A DNA stretch of 46,952 nucleotides from assembly GCA_036881805.1 (NCBI GenBank), contig JBAJNK010000012.1, positions 1 to 46,952 on the forward strand, read 5' to 3'. Source of the DNA: Flavobacteriales bacterium (lineage in GTDB: Bacteria; Bacteroidota; Bacteroidia; Flavobacteriales; JANQLC01). Under the pieces are notes generated by a model. It searched no databases, was not told the DNA's origin, and saw only the letters and a list, made by a program, of their open reading frames with translations. The translations under genes were made by a program, and so were the position numbers. Below are positions 19,286 to 27,633 of the stretch, piece after piece. The number at the start of each line of letters is the position of its first letter. Positions within the stretch are counted from its first letter, which is position 1.

Positions 19286-19897
19286 ATGAATATCGATATC
19301 AGCAACTTAGCACCCGCCCAAATCTATCACCTGATGATCCAAACGGTCATCCCACGCCCCATCGCTTGGGTGCTTACCGATTCGGGTGAAGCGAATTACA
19401 ACCTCGCCCCTTTTTCCTACTTTGCGCCCATTGGGAGCAGTCCACCCTTACTGATGTTTTCCGCAGGTAAAAAGCCAACGGATGAAGTGAAAGATACGGT
19501 GCGCAATTCGCTTGAGACTAAAAAGATGGTGATTCACATTGCCGCTGTAGGCTCTGCCTATGCCTTGACGCAAACATCGGCAACCCTGGAACACGGACAA
19601 TCCGAAGTGGCGGACAATGAATTGAAGTTGGTGGCATTCAAAGGCTTTGACATGCCGCGCCTTGAGGACTGCCCAATCGCTTTTGGCTGTTCGCTATACG
19701 AGGTGAAAGAGATCGGTGACACGCCACAAAGCCTGGTATTCGCTCAAATCGAGCGGGTTTACCTGAGCCCCGGTCTGATCGATCAGAAATCAGAGCGATT
19801 GAAAATCGATGCGTTAAGCGTCAACCCCTTATCGCGACTGGGCGGAAGTCAATACGCTGTATTGGGAAAGACATTTGCTGTGGATCGCCCTCGATAA
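19286..19897 (+). CDS. flavin reductase family protein
   Basis: 203 aa. Split-barrel FMN-binding-type N-terminus (VIPRPIAWVLT....NLAPFSYF). Confidence 0.7.
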   Translation: MNIDISNLAPAQIYHLMIQTVIPRPIAWVLTDSGEANYNLAPFSYFAPIGSSPPLLMFSAGKKPTDEVKDTVRNSLETKKMVIHIAAVGSAYALTQTSATLEHGQSEVADNELKLVAFKGFDMPRLEDCPIAFGCSLYEVKEIGDTPQSLVFAQIERVYLSPGLIDQKSERLKIDALSVNPLSRLGGSQYAVLGKTFAVDRPR

Positions 19898-20295
19898 GCT
19901 GCAAGACCTATTGAAAAAATGCGCATAGATCTAACCATGCATAGGAAAACCGGTGGGGGCAATGCTTTTGAATATTTTACTACTCTCAGAGTGGGACTGG
20001 CTAAACTCGCTTTATTCTTTCAAAAATCAATATTTAATATAAGATCAATTCCCACGCCACCATAGCAATGCACGATGACGCCATGTCGTAAAACGGACTA
20101 TCATACCCCTCAACTGCCTTATATAAGCATGCCTGTATGCTTACAATCCGCTCCTTCTGGACTATTAAAATGGAGGCAAAAATCAGTTATCTGAAAGGGG
20201 GATTATATAAAAACCACTGCGGTTGGATTTTGGGATTGACCTCTAAACCATGCCTTATTACTATTCCCTACTCTTTTACGACAGCACCTTTACAT

Positions 20296-20553
20296 TTAAT
20301 TTTTATGAAAGGACGCGGAGCCGGTCATAATAGTGGGAGGCAGCGTATAGTTTTCAGAATAATGTTTAAAAACTAAAAACATTACAATGATATCTCCGCT
20401 TTTGACTTTCATATCTACCACAAACCTTTGTTGGGCTTTGCGCTGATCCAAAACTATTGGAGTAAATATTTGCTGAGGATCACCCTTTTTATGCTTTCTG
20501 ACAGGAAGTAAGTATGCATCTGCTATATCCTCTCTCATTTTATTATCCGCCAA
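20296..20553 (-). CDS. hypothetical protein, possibly the C-terminal part of a frameshifted lipoprotein gene
   Basis: 85-aa ORF with a TTG start (ATG 15 nt later). Its frame stays open upstream to about 20672 and overlaps the end of the upstream lipoprotein ORF. No promoter box or family recognised. Confidence 0.35.
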   Translation of the reverse strand: MADNKMREDIADAYLLPVRKHKKGDPQQIFTPIVLDQRKAQQRFVVDMKVKSGDIIVMFLVFKHYSENYTLPPTIMTGSASFHKN

Positions 20554-20630
20554 GAACGCGAGTCTTAAGTTCAGACTTATCGTTAAAACTCCATCGAAAT
20601 TTACAGTAAAGTATCCTTTATCATTACCAA

Positions 20631-20879
20631 TTACAGGTCTCCCACGTATTGATCCGACATGGATAACGGTTCAAAATGGCTAGAAAACAAGTGTTGGGTT
20701 TTATATGTATGGGTTTGGTATGCATCCATCCGTAGCTTAGTGGAGCCTACTTTGACGGTATTGTCGAAATCTTCGGCTACTGGGGTTTTTGACTTCGGGT
20801 GTATGAGTAGGTTGCCACCGTCCGAGCAACCGATAAACAAAGGGCTGGTCAAGGTTAGATAAACCAGACTATACCTCAT
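20631..20879 (-). CDS. small putative lipoprotein, possibly the N-terminal part of a frameshifted gene
   Basis: Internal ATG 20879 gives MRYSLVYLTLTSPLFIGCSDGG, a signal peptide plus lipobox. Lies in a low-GC islet. Confidence 0.45.
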   Translation of the reverse strand: MRYSLVYLTLTSPLFIGCSDGGNLLIHPKSKTPVAEDFDNTVKVGSTKLRMDAYQTHTYKTQHLFSSHFEPLSMSDQYVGDL

Positions 20880-20990
20880 AATGTTGTAATTTGAAAAGCT
20901 GTGTTTGGCATGATTTTGCAATCCCTGCTTATGCATTGATTTGATAGTGTGTCGATAATTATGCCGAGAATGCCCGGCTATCGCATGCGT

Positions 20991-21959
20991 TTATTCCAAT
21001 GATTCACCGCCAAAGAGACTATCTACAAACTCATACTTGTTAAATACTTGAAGGTCGTCCATCTCTTCGCCTATACCGATGTATTTGACTGGAATTTGAA
21101 ACCCATCGGAAATACCGATCACTACACCACCTTTGGCCGTGCCATCTAACTTCGTGACGACCAAAGCGGTAACTTCCGCAGCTCGGATAAATTGCCTAGC
21201 TTGCTCAAAGGCGTTTTGGCCGGTAGTCCCATCCAGTACCAACAAAACTTCGTGGGGTGCATTGGGAATCACTTTTTGTACGACGCGTTTGATCTTGGAG
21301 AGCTCGCGCATCAAATTGACCTGGTTGTGTAGCCGACCGGCTGTATCGATGAGCACCACGTCGGCATTTTGTGCTATGGCACTTTGTACTGCATCGAAAG
21401 CGACCGATGCCGGGTCGCTTCCCATGGCTTGCTTGACGATGGGCACGCCTACGCGCTCACCCCATATCACCAGCTGATCGACGGCAGCTGCCCGAAAGGT
21501 ATCTGCAGCACCCAAAACGACGCTTTTGCCTTCGGATTTGAACCGGTGTGCCAGCTTGCCAATAGTCGTGGTTTTGCCCACACCATTTACCCCGACTACC
21601 AAGACGACATGCGGCTTTTTACCTTCCAGACCGAGTCGGCTCACATCCGTTTCATCTTTTTGCTCGGAGAGCAAGCCCACAATTTCTTCTCTGAGAATGG
21701 GGTTGAGTGCCGCCACCCCCATATATTTGTCACGGGCTACGCGTTTTTCAATGCGTCCGATGATTTTAAGCACCGTACATACCCCGACATCAGCGGTGAT
21801 AAGCGCTTCTTCCAGCCGATCGAGCACTTCTGCATCGACCTTTGTCCTTCCAGCTATAGCCCGAGCTAACCCACCGAATACGGAGCGCTTTGACCTAGCC
21901 AGGCCCTTATCAAGCGATTCCTTCTCTCGCTTGGAAAATACACGTGCAAGCCAACCCAT
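20991..21959 (-). CDS. ftsY: signal recognition particle-docking protein FtsY
   Basis: GTPase motifs GVNGVGKTTTIGKLA, DTAGR and TKLDG. Start placed at ATG 21959 (MGWLARVFSK); the ORF-track start is 21971. Confidence 0.95.
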   Translation of the reverse strand: MGWLARVFSKREKESLDKGLARSKRSVFGGLARAIAGRTKVDAEVLDRLEEALITADVGVCTVLKIIGRIEKRVARDKYMGVAALNPILREEIVGLLSEQKDETDVSRLGLEGKKPHVVLVVGVNGVGKTTTIGKLAHRFKSEGKSVVLGAADTFRAAAVDQLVIWGERVGVPIVKQAMGSDPASVAFDAVQSAIAQNADVVLIDTAGRLHNQVNLMRELSKIKRVVQKVIPNAPHEVLLVLDGTTGQNAFEQARQFIRAAEVTALVVTKLDGTAKGGVVIGISDGFQIPVKYIGIGEEMDDLQVFNKYEFVDSLFGGESLE

Positions 21960-22000
21960 AGTTTCCATCACAAAAAATTACGTATGTAATTTTCAGTAAT

Positions 22001-22150
22001 TTAAGCCTTAAAGAAATCTTTTACGGCAGTCGCAGGCAGGATTTTTTCTTCAAAGACCCATGCACCGCTCTTTTTTGATTTTACCATTTTAACGGCTTTG
22101 GTCAGCTTTTTCGCCGTGGTTTGCAGTGTCGCTACTGTTTTCTTGGCCAT
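22001..22150 (-). CDS. DUF4295 family small protein (49 aa)
   Basis: Not in the ORF track because it is under 60 aa. My translation: MAKKTVATLQTTAKKLTKAVKMVKSKKSGAWVFEEKILPATAVKDFFKA. It sits between rpmG and ftsY, the position I recall for DUF4295 in Bacteroidota. Confidence 0.6.
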   Translation of the reverse strand: MAKKTVATLQTTAKKLTKAVKMVKSKKSGAWVFEEKILPATAVKDFFKA

Positions 22151-22161
22151 ACGCTTCCAGT

Positions 22162-22347
22162 CTATTTGATCTCTTTGTGCGGAGTTGCGCGCTTGAGGTG
22201 GGGATTATATTTTTTTAATTCCAAGCGATCGGGTGTGTTCTTTCTATTCTTAGTCGTGATGTAGCGAGAGATTCCGGGTATGCCGGTTTCCTTTTGCGCC
22301 GTACATTCCAAAATTACCTGCACCCGATTTCCTCTTTTCTTAGCCAT
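22162..22347 (-). CDS. rpmG: 50S ribosomal protein L33
   Basis: 61-codon [19 protein letters not shown]...[21 protein letters not shown]. Confidence 0.95.
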   Translation of the reverse strand: MAKKRGNRVQVILECTAQKETGIPGISRYITTKNRKNTPDRLELKKYNPHLKRATPHKEIK

Positions 22348-22361
22348 CTCCTCTTTTCAGC

Positions 22362-22598
22362 TTATTTTATGTATCCGTTGGCACGTGCGCGTTTGACGGC
22401 TTCGGTAACGCCGATCTTGTCGGCCATTCGCAGTCCTTGAGCCGACACGAGAAGCCGTATCCACCGATCTTCTTCGGGAAGATAAAAACGCTTTTTGATC
22501 AGGTTTACGCCAAACCGTCTCTTGGTTTTATTGTGGGCATGGGAAACGCGGTTTCCCACCATGGCTCTCTTACCCGTAAGCGCACAGATTCTCGACAT
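22362..22598 (-). CDS. rpmB: 50S ribosomal protein L28
   Basis: Start at ATG 22598 (MSRICALTGKRAMVGNRVSHAHNKTKRRF). Confidence 0.95.
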   Translation of the reverse strand: MSRICALTGKRAMVGNRVSHAHNKTKRRFGVNLIKKRFYLPEEDRWIRLLVSAQGLRMADKIGVTEAVKRARANGYIK

Positions 22599-22633
22599 GA
22601 CAGCTGTTTTTATCACTTGAACTCAAAGCGGTG

Positions 22634-22641
22634 CAAATATA
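22634..22641 (-). promoter_or_regulatory. Bacteroidota-type -7 promoter box (TATATTTG)
   Basis: Exact TAnnTTTG on the minus strand, 35 nt upstream of the rpmB ATG. Confidence 0.4.
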
Positions 22642-22681
22642 GCAATTCTCTGCAAAATGGTACCCCGACGGCGCCGCACTT

Positions 22682-23233
22682 TTAGCTTCCCAACCGCAAA
22701 GCACAGATGAGCACTGCCAAGGCTTGTTCAACCGCGCGTTCAACAAATTTTTCCCGCGCCATTTTTCGCAGCTGAAAGGCATGAGCACTTACACAACCCG
22801 GTCCGCAAACCCCGATAAAAAGGGTGCCTACCGGATTTCCATCCACACCCCGGTCAGGGCCGGCTACCCCAGTAGTGGAAATCGCCCAATCCGCAGCGGT
22901 TAGCTGACGTACCCCTATTGCCATCGCTTTCGCCACTTCACCGCTCACCTCGGTATGGTGGTCTAAGAGTGCTTTTTTTACCTTTAAAAGTTTCTTTTTC
23001 AACGCAGTGCTGTAGCTGATCACACCACCCTTAAAATATGCGGAGCTGCCCGGTACCGAAGTAATGCGTGCAGCGACTCGGCCTGAAGTACAGCTCTCTG
23101 CCACCGCCAGCGTCTGATTGACCTCCAAGAGAATGCTACCGATCTCCTGGGGGAGATTTTCAGAACACTCGGGAAAACAATCCCCGCCTAAGGTGTTCAA
23201 ACCCTGGATCGATTGGTTTATTTGACGCGTCAT
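22682..23233 (-). CDS. CinA family protein (PncC-like nicotinamide-nucleotide amidohydrolase domain only)
   Basis: 183 aa. LAVAESCTSGRVAARITSVPGSSAYFKGGVISYS and AISTTGVAGP motifs of the CinA C-terminal domain. Confidence 0.85.
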   Translation of the reverse strand: MTRQINQSIQGLNTLGGDCFPECSENLPQEIGSILLEVNQTLAVAESCTSGRVAARITSVPGSSAYFKGGVISYSTALKKKLLKVKKALLDHHTEVSGEVAKAMAIGVRQLTAADWAISTTGVAGPDRGVDGNPVGTLFIGVCGPGCVSAHAFQLRKMAREKFVERAVEQALAVLICALRLGS

Positions 23234-23292
23234 TTTTTTCGCTATTCAACTCAGTGAAAAGCGCATCCGGACCCAACCCTGTTGCAAAGCCT

Positions 23293-23484
23293 TTACAACT
23301 CCGCTTGTCTCAGATTTTGGATGTATGCCGCTTTTAATCTCTGTTTGCGCTTCTTGATGGAGGGCTTTGTAAACTCCTGGCGTTGACGAAATTTACGCAG
23401 TGTTCCCGTGCGGTCGAACTTTCGTTTAAAGCGTTTCAATACCCTGTCGATGGACTCGCCCTCCTTTATCGGTATAATCAACAT
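23293..23484 (-). CDS. rpsU: 30S ribosomal protein S21
   Basis: 63 aa, ...ESIDRVLKRFKRKFDRTGTLRKFRQRQEFTKPS. Confidence 0.95.
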   Translation of the reverse strand: MLIIPIKEGESIDRVLKRFKRKFDRTGTLRKFRQRQEFTKPSIKKRKQRLKAAYIQNLRQAEL

Positions 23485-23523
23485 ATGCGTTTTACCTATT
23501 TCTATTTAAAATGGACTGCAAAG

Positions 23524-24690
23524 TTAAGGTCTTTTGTCCACTCGAGGTTTCATTCTTAAAATATTTCGTCCGATAACCACTTTTTGAATTTCACTGGTGC
23601 CCTCTCCGATGGTACACAGCTTGGCGTCGCGATAGAATTTCTCCACCGGAAAATCCTTGATATAGCCATATCCGCCGTGAATCTGTACCGCTTCGTTTGC
23701 GATTTTCACACAGGCTTCTGAAGCGTACAACTTACACATGGCACTCAGTGTGGTCATCTTTCGATTTTTATTCTTTTCATGTGCTGCTTTGTGCAGCAGC
23801 CATTCCGAGGCTTGGATTTCAGTTGCCATTTCCGCTAATTTAAACGAAATCCCCTGAAATTCGCCGATGGGTTTGCCGAATTGGCAGCGCGTGCCAGCGT
23901 ATTGTAGGGATGCTTCATAGGCACCCTTTGCAATGCCCAGAGATAAAGCGCCGATTGAAATGCGCCCCCCATCCAAGACTTGTAAGGCTTGGGCGAGCCC
24001 TTCACCTGCTTTACCCAACATATTTTCATGCCGCACGCGGCAGTTGTCGAAGATGAGTTCTGCGGTTTCAGAAGCGCGCATACCCAATTTATCTTCTTTC
24101 TTACCCGACCGAAGTCCTGGGGTTCCCTTTTCAACCACAAAAGTCGAGGTAGCGTGTGAATCGTCCTTTTTACCCGTGCGGACAATCACTACAGCTATAC
24201 TTCCGCTAATCCCATGTGTGATAAAATTTTTAGCGCCGTTAATCACCCAATAATCGCCTTCGCGAACGGCTGTAGTACGCATCCCAGCTGCATCAGATCC
24301 AGTATCGTGCTCGGTCAAGGCCCAGGCGCCAATCCATTGCCCAGTTGCGAGCCTGGGAATCCACCGTTTCTTTTGCGCCTCGTTTCCAAAGCGCAAAATG
24401 TGATTCGTACACAATGAATTGTGTGCGGCTACCGACAAACCGATGGCAGGATCTATTTTGGATATTTCTTCGATGATCGCAATGTATTCATGGTAACCCA
24501 AACCCGCGCCACCATAGGCTTCAGGAACCAGAATACCCATGAAACCCATATCGCCAAGGGCACTGAATAAGGGCAGTGGAAAAAGCTGTTTTTCATCCCA
24601 TTCCTTAACGTTGGGCTCGATGTGTTGGTGGGCAAAATCGCGTGCGGATTGCGCGGCCATGACACAGGTGTCGGAATAATCAAAATCCAT
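23524..24690 (-). CDS. acyl-CoA dehydrogenase family protein
   Basis: 388 aa. ACAD architecture with TEHDTGSDA, the FITHG region, and C-terminal IGEGTSEIQ containing the catalytic Glu. Confidence 0.9.
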   Translation of the reverse strand: MDFDYSDTCVMAAQSARDFAHQHIEPNVKEWDEKQLFPLPLFSALGDMGFMGILVPEAYGGAGLGYHEYIAIIEEISKIDPAIGLSVAAHNSLCTNHILRFGNEAQKKRWIPRLATGQWIGAWALTEHDTGSDAAGMRTTAVREGDYWVINGAKNFITHGISGSIAVVIVRTGKKDDSHATSTFVVEKGTPGLRSGKKEDKLGMRASETAELIFDNCRVRHENMLGKAGEGLAQALQVLDGGRISIGALSLGIAKGAYEASLQYAGTRCQFGKPIGEFQGISFKLAEMATEIQASEWLLHKAAHEKNKNRKMTTLSAMCKLYASEACVKIANEAVQIHGGYGYIKDFPVEKFYRDAKLCTIGEGTSEIQKVVIGRNILRMKPRVDKRP

Positions 24691-24710
24691 TTGTGCTTCT
24701 TATCAGTTCG

Positions 24711-25610
24711 TCAGTCGGACTTCAAATATAGTCTAATTTTATCGAAGTCCTTTCCTTGGAATGCCGGCAGCTTTTTCAACTGTTCGACATTTTGAAACCA
24801 CCCACCACCGTTTCGCAATTGAAAAACTTGCGTTACCATATTGTAATCGAAATACGGATGTCGAAGCAGCGTTCTGAAATCGACTCGGTTGATATCGATT
24901 CGGCGGACTTCTTGCAGGCTGATTCTCGCGTGTTCTATAAGGAACACAAAGGCCGTACTATCCATATGATATACCTCGTCGAGCTGCGAAAACCGCACAT
25001 AACCGCCGAGCATTTTCCGATAGGCAACCAGCGCAGCCGCTACCCGGCGAAGCGGTGGCAAACCCTTTAGATCGCTTGCAGATACGGTGTTTAAATCAAA
25101 GGTTTGATAAGCGATGTCCTTAGACCGAGTGCCTTTATTCAGCCTTTGGGCTCGGGGTTTCCCCTTGATTCGAACCGGTTTTGAAAATTGGATGAACGGC
25201 TCGATTTCGTCAAACTTCTCAGCGCTAATCACATACGATCGCCGAATTTGAGCTTTGTCCTCAAATCCGCCTAGGCTGCGTTTGTACTTTAGAATCGATC
25301 GCGCCTGTCGCTTGGAAAAACCCAAAGCCATCCAGCCTTTTTCGTCCAAACGATTGGGGTCAAAAGACCGAGACGAAGCCGGGTGGCCAGCGGCGGCAGC
25401 AACCGCCTTTGAATTGGAATCCCCTTGTTCGGCGTCCAAAAATCTCGCTTTAAAAGCATGCCACTCCGCCAGAGAAACCCTTTGATCTGGGGTGAAAATC
25501 GAGAAATCAAAGAAGCAGATCACGAGCTCTAGGCCAACTACTATTAGTGCTGCGATCAAAATCCCCAAGCGGATTTGCTTGGGAAACCCAGGTGGCGCAT
25601 TAAAACGCAT
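24711..25610 (-). CDS. helix-hairpin-helix domain-containing protein (ComEA-like)
   Basis: 299 aa. N-terminal membrane anchor and two regions resembling HhH DNA-binding repeats (..LNTVSASDLKGLPPL.., ..INRVDFRTLLRHPYF..). Confidence 0.6.
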   Translation of the reverse strand: MRFNAPPGFPKQIRLGILIAALIVVGLELVICFFDFSIFTPDQRVSLAEWHAFKARFLDAEQGDSNSKAVAAAAGHPASSRSFDPNRLDEKGWMALGFSKRQARSILKYKRSLGGFEDKAQIRRSYVISAEKFDEIEPFIQFSKPVRIKGKPRAQRLNKGTRSKDIAYQTFDLNTVSASDLKGLPPLRRVAAALVAYRKMLGGYVRFSQLDEVYHMDSTAFVFLIEHARISLQEVRRIDINRVDFRTLLRHPYFDYNMVTQVFQLRNGGGWFQNVEQLKKLPAFQGKDFDKIRLYLKSD

Positions 25611-25622
25611 GCGGAATTTCTT

Positions 25623-27437
25623 TTATTTTTTGAACACCTTATAATTCACCCTTTGAAATAGCTCACCGTTTTTCAACTTCTTTAAATAGGCACTTAAATC
25701 GCTGCGAACCTCACCCGAGAGTATGTACAAGCCGATAAAGTTGGGAAATGCCATGCATAGAATCATCGCATCTGAAAAATTCAGTATGGCACCCAAGCTG
25801 ACCGATGCACCTACTATGGCAAAGAGACAATACATAAGCTTGAAGATGTTTTCCGCTTGCCTGCTTCTGCCAAAGAGGTATGTCCAGCCCCGCATGCCGT
25901 AGTATCCCCAGCTCAGGATGGTGGAAAGTCCAAAAAAGAATACGCAGATGGTTAAAACTATGCCAGACCCAGGCAGGACGCTTGAAAAAGCAGCTGAGGT
26001 GAGCTCTACACCCGCTAAACCTTGAGCTTGATGGTGATCGGTGAGGATTAAAACCAAACCGGTTAAGGTACAGATGACAACCGTATCGATAAAGGGCCCT
26101 ACCGAAGCGACAAATCCTTCCGAAATCGGGTAATTCGTCTTAGCCACACTGTGTGCTATAGGGGCCGAGCCCACTCCGGCTTCATTGGAAAAAGCCGCCC
26201 GCCGAAATCCTATGATCAAAGCCCCGATAATGCCACCTTTCAAGGCCCCTGGCGCAAAGGCATCATGGAGGATCACACCAAAAGCCGCACCGAGGTTTGA
26301 GAACTTCACAAAGATGACAATTAATGCCATCAATACATAAAGACCGGCCATAAAAGGGACTACTCTTTCCGTAACCTTCGCGATGCGTTTTATGCCACCG
26401 ATGATAATCACACCGAGAAAAACAGCAAAAATCAATCCGATATAAAATCCCCTTCCGCTAAAAAGTGTAAACTGTTCTTGAAGCTGAATGGATATCTGAT
26501 TGGACTGGTATAGGTTTGAAGTACCAAAGGCACCGAGAATGACAAAAACGGCGAATAAAGCGGCGAGAAACTTACCCAAACCCTTTACATTACGGTGCTG
26601 CAAACCGCGTTGCAAATACGCCATAGGGCCGCCAAAAACACGGCCGTCTCTTTCTATGTGACGGTATTTAACACTCAAACTGCACTCTACAAATTTAGAA
26701 GCCATGCCGAGAAATCCAGCGACGATCATCCAAAACATGGCCCCAGGGCCACCGATAGAAACGGCCGTAGCCACCCCTGCGATATTTCCCAAGCCAACAG
26801 TACCTGAAAGCGCCGTGCTCAAAGCCTGAAAGTGCGTCACTTGTCCCGGTGCGTCGGGTTCATCGTATCGGCCACGTGCCAATTGAAAGCCGTGCTTAAA
26901 CTTCCTGATATTGATAAACCCCATCTTAATAGTGAGAAAGAGGGCACCTATGACCAACCATAAGACGATAAAAGGCACACTCTTTTTACGGACATCCCCG
27001 TTGGGGTATAACAAGGGTTGCTCGTTATCGGAGTACAACACCGGATTATAACACCCCAAGGCGGCAAAGGGATCGAAAAACAAAACTTTCCCTATCGCTT
27101 GCGTCGCTTGCGTAGCCACAGCGTTAAAATGCTCAGATATAGATCCGGCTGGAATTTTTAGGCTCTTTTTAACCGCATTCCCAGCGGCGTCTGTAACGAC
27201 TACATCATAGGGAATCCCTTCGGTCAGTGCGGTCGCCTTATCGGCATCCAACGGTATATCGCGGTCGCTCCACTTGTATTGATAAGGGGGTATACCGCCG
27301 TTGACTCGCAGCTGGATCAACCCATCTTGTATCCCGTTGGAACCATTTTTAACTTCAGCGTGAACTTTTAATTGGGACTGGGCAAATACAGCGGTATGCA
27401 ACAATAGGGTTAAAAACGTGAGATAAGCGCTATTCAT
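25623..27437 (-). CDS. alanine/glycine:cation symporter (AGCS) family protein with N-terminal secreted extension
   Basis: 604 aa. The AGCS core contains THFQALSTALSGTVGLGNIAGVATA. It is preceded by a signal peptide and a ~130-aa domain containing GGIPPYQYKWSD. Confidence 0.85.
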   Translation of the reverse strand: MNSAYLTFLTLLLHTAVFAQSQLKVHAEVKNGSNGIQDGLIQLRVNGGIPPYQYKWSDRDIPLDADKATALTEGIPYDVVVTDAAGNAVKKSLKIPAGSISEHFNAVATQATQAIGKVLFFDPFAALGCYNPVLYSDNEQPLLYPNGDVRKKSVPFIVLWLVIGALFLTIKMGFINIRKFKHGFQLARGRYDEPDAPGQVTHFQALSTALSGTVGLGNIAGVATAVSIGGPGAMFWMIVAGFLGMASKFVECSLSVKYRHIERDGRVFGGPMAYLQRGLQHRNVKGLGKFLAALFAVFVILGAFGTSNLYQSNQISIQLQEQFTLFSGRGFYIGLIFAVFLGVIIIGGIKRIAKVTERVVPFMAGLYVLMALIVIFVKFSNLGAAFGVILHDAFAPGALKGGIIGALIIGFRRAAFSNEAGVGSAPIAHSVAKTNYPISEGFVASVGPFIDTVVICTLTGLVLILTDHHQAQGLAGVELTSAAFSSVLPGSGIVLTICVFFFGLSTILSWGYYGMRGWTYLFGRSRQAENIFKLMYCLFAIVGASVSLGAILNFSDAMILCMAFPNFIGLYILSGEVRSDLSAYLKKLKNGELFQRVNYKVFKK

Positions 27438-27471
27438 ATTTCCAAAATTTTAAATGACCTATCGGAATGAT

Positions 27472-27479
27472 CAAATGTA
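27472..27479 (-). promoter_or_regulatory. Bacteroidota-type -7 promoter box (TACATTTG)
   Basis: Exact TAnnTTTG on the minus strand, 34 nt upstream of the symporter ATG 27437. Confidence 0.4.
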
Positions 27480-27521
27480 CTCTTTTTAATTTTCACCTTT
27501 GTGATTGCTATAATTCTCTAT

Positions 27522-27545
27522 GAAAAACAGATTGTTTATCTGCGG
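27522..27545 (-). terminator. weak candidate intrinsic terminator downstream of prfA
   Basis: The minus strand reads CCGCAGAT-AAACA-ATCTG-TTTTTC. The stem is only 5-6 bp and AT-rich. Confidence 0.3.
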
Positions 27546-27633
27546 TTCTCTCCACTAAAAGTGCTTATTAAAAAAGGTCTTGGCACGTACCTCTTATAAC
27601 TTACTTCGATACGATATAGTACTTTTTGATTAC

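Noticed and set aside
27438-27633. Glycine riboswitch upstream of the alanine/glycine symporter, prompted by a GGAGAG string on the minus strand
   Set aside because: No CACCGAAGGGGCAA-like or CTCAGGCAAAAGGAC-like conserved cores follow it. The GGAGAG lies upstream of the predicted -7 box, and the nearby hairpin looks like a weak prfA terminator instead.
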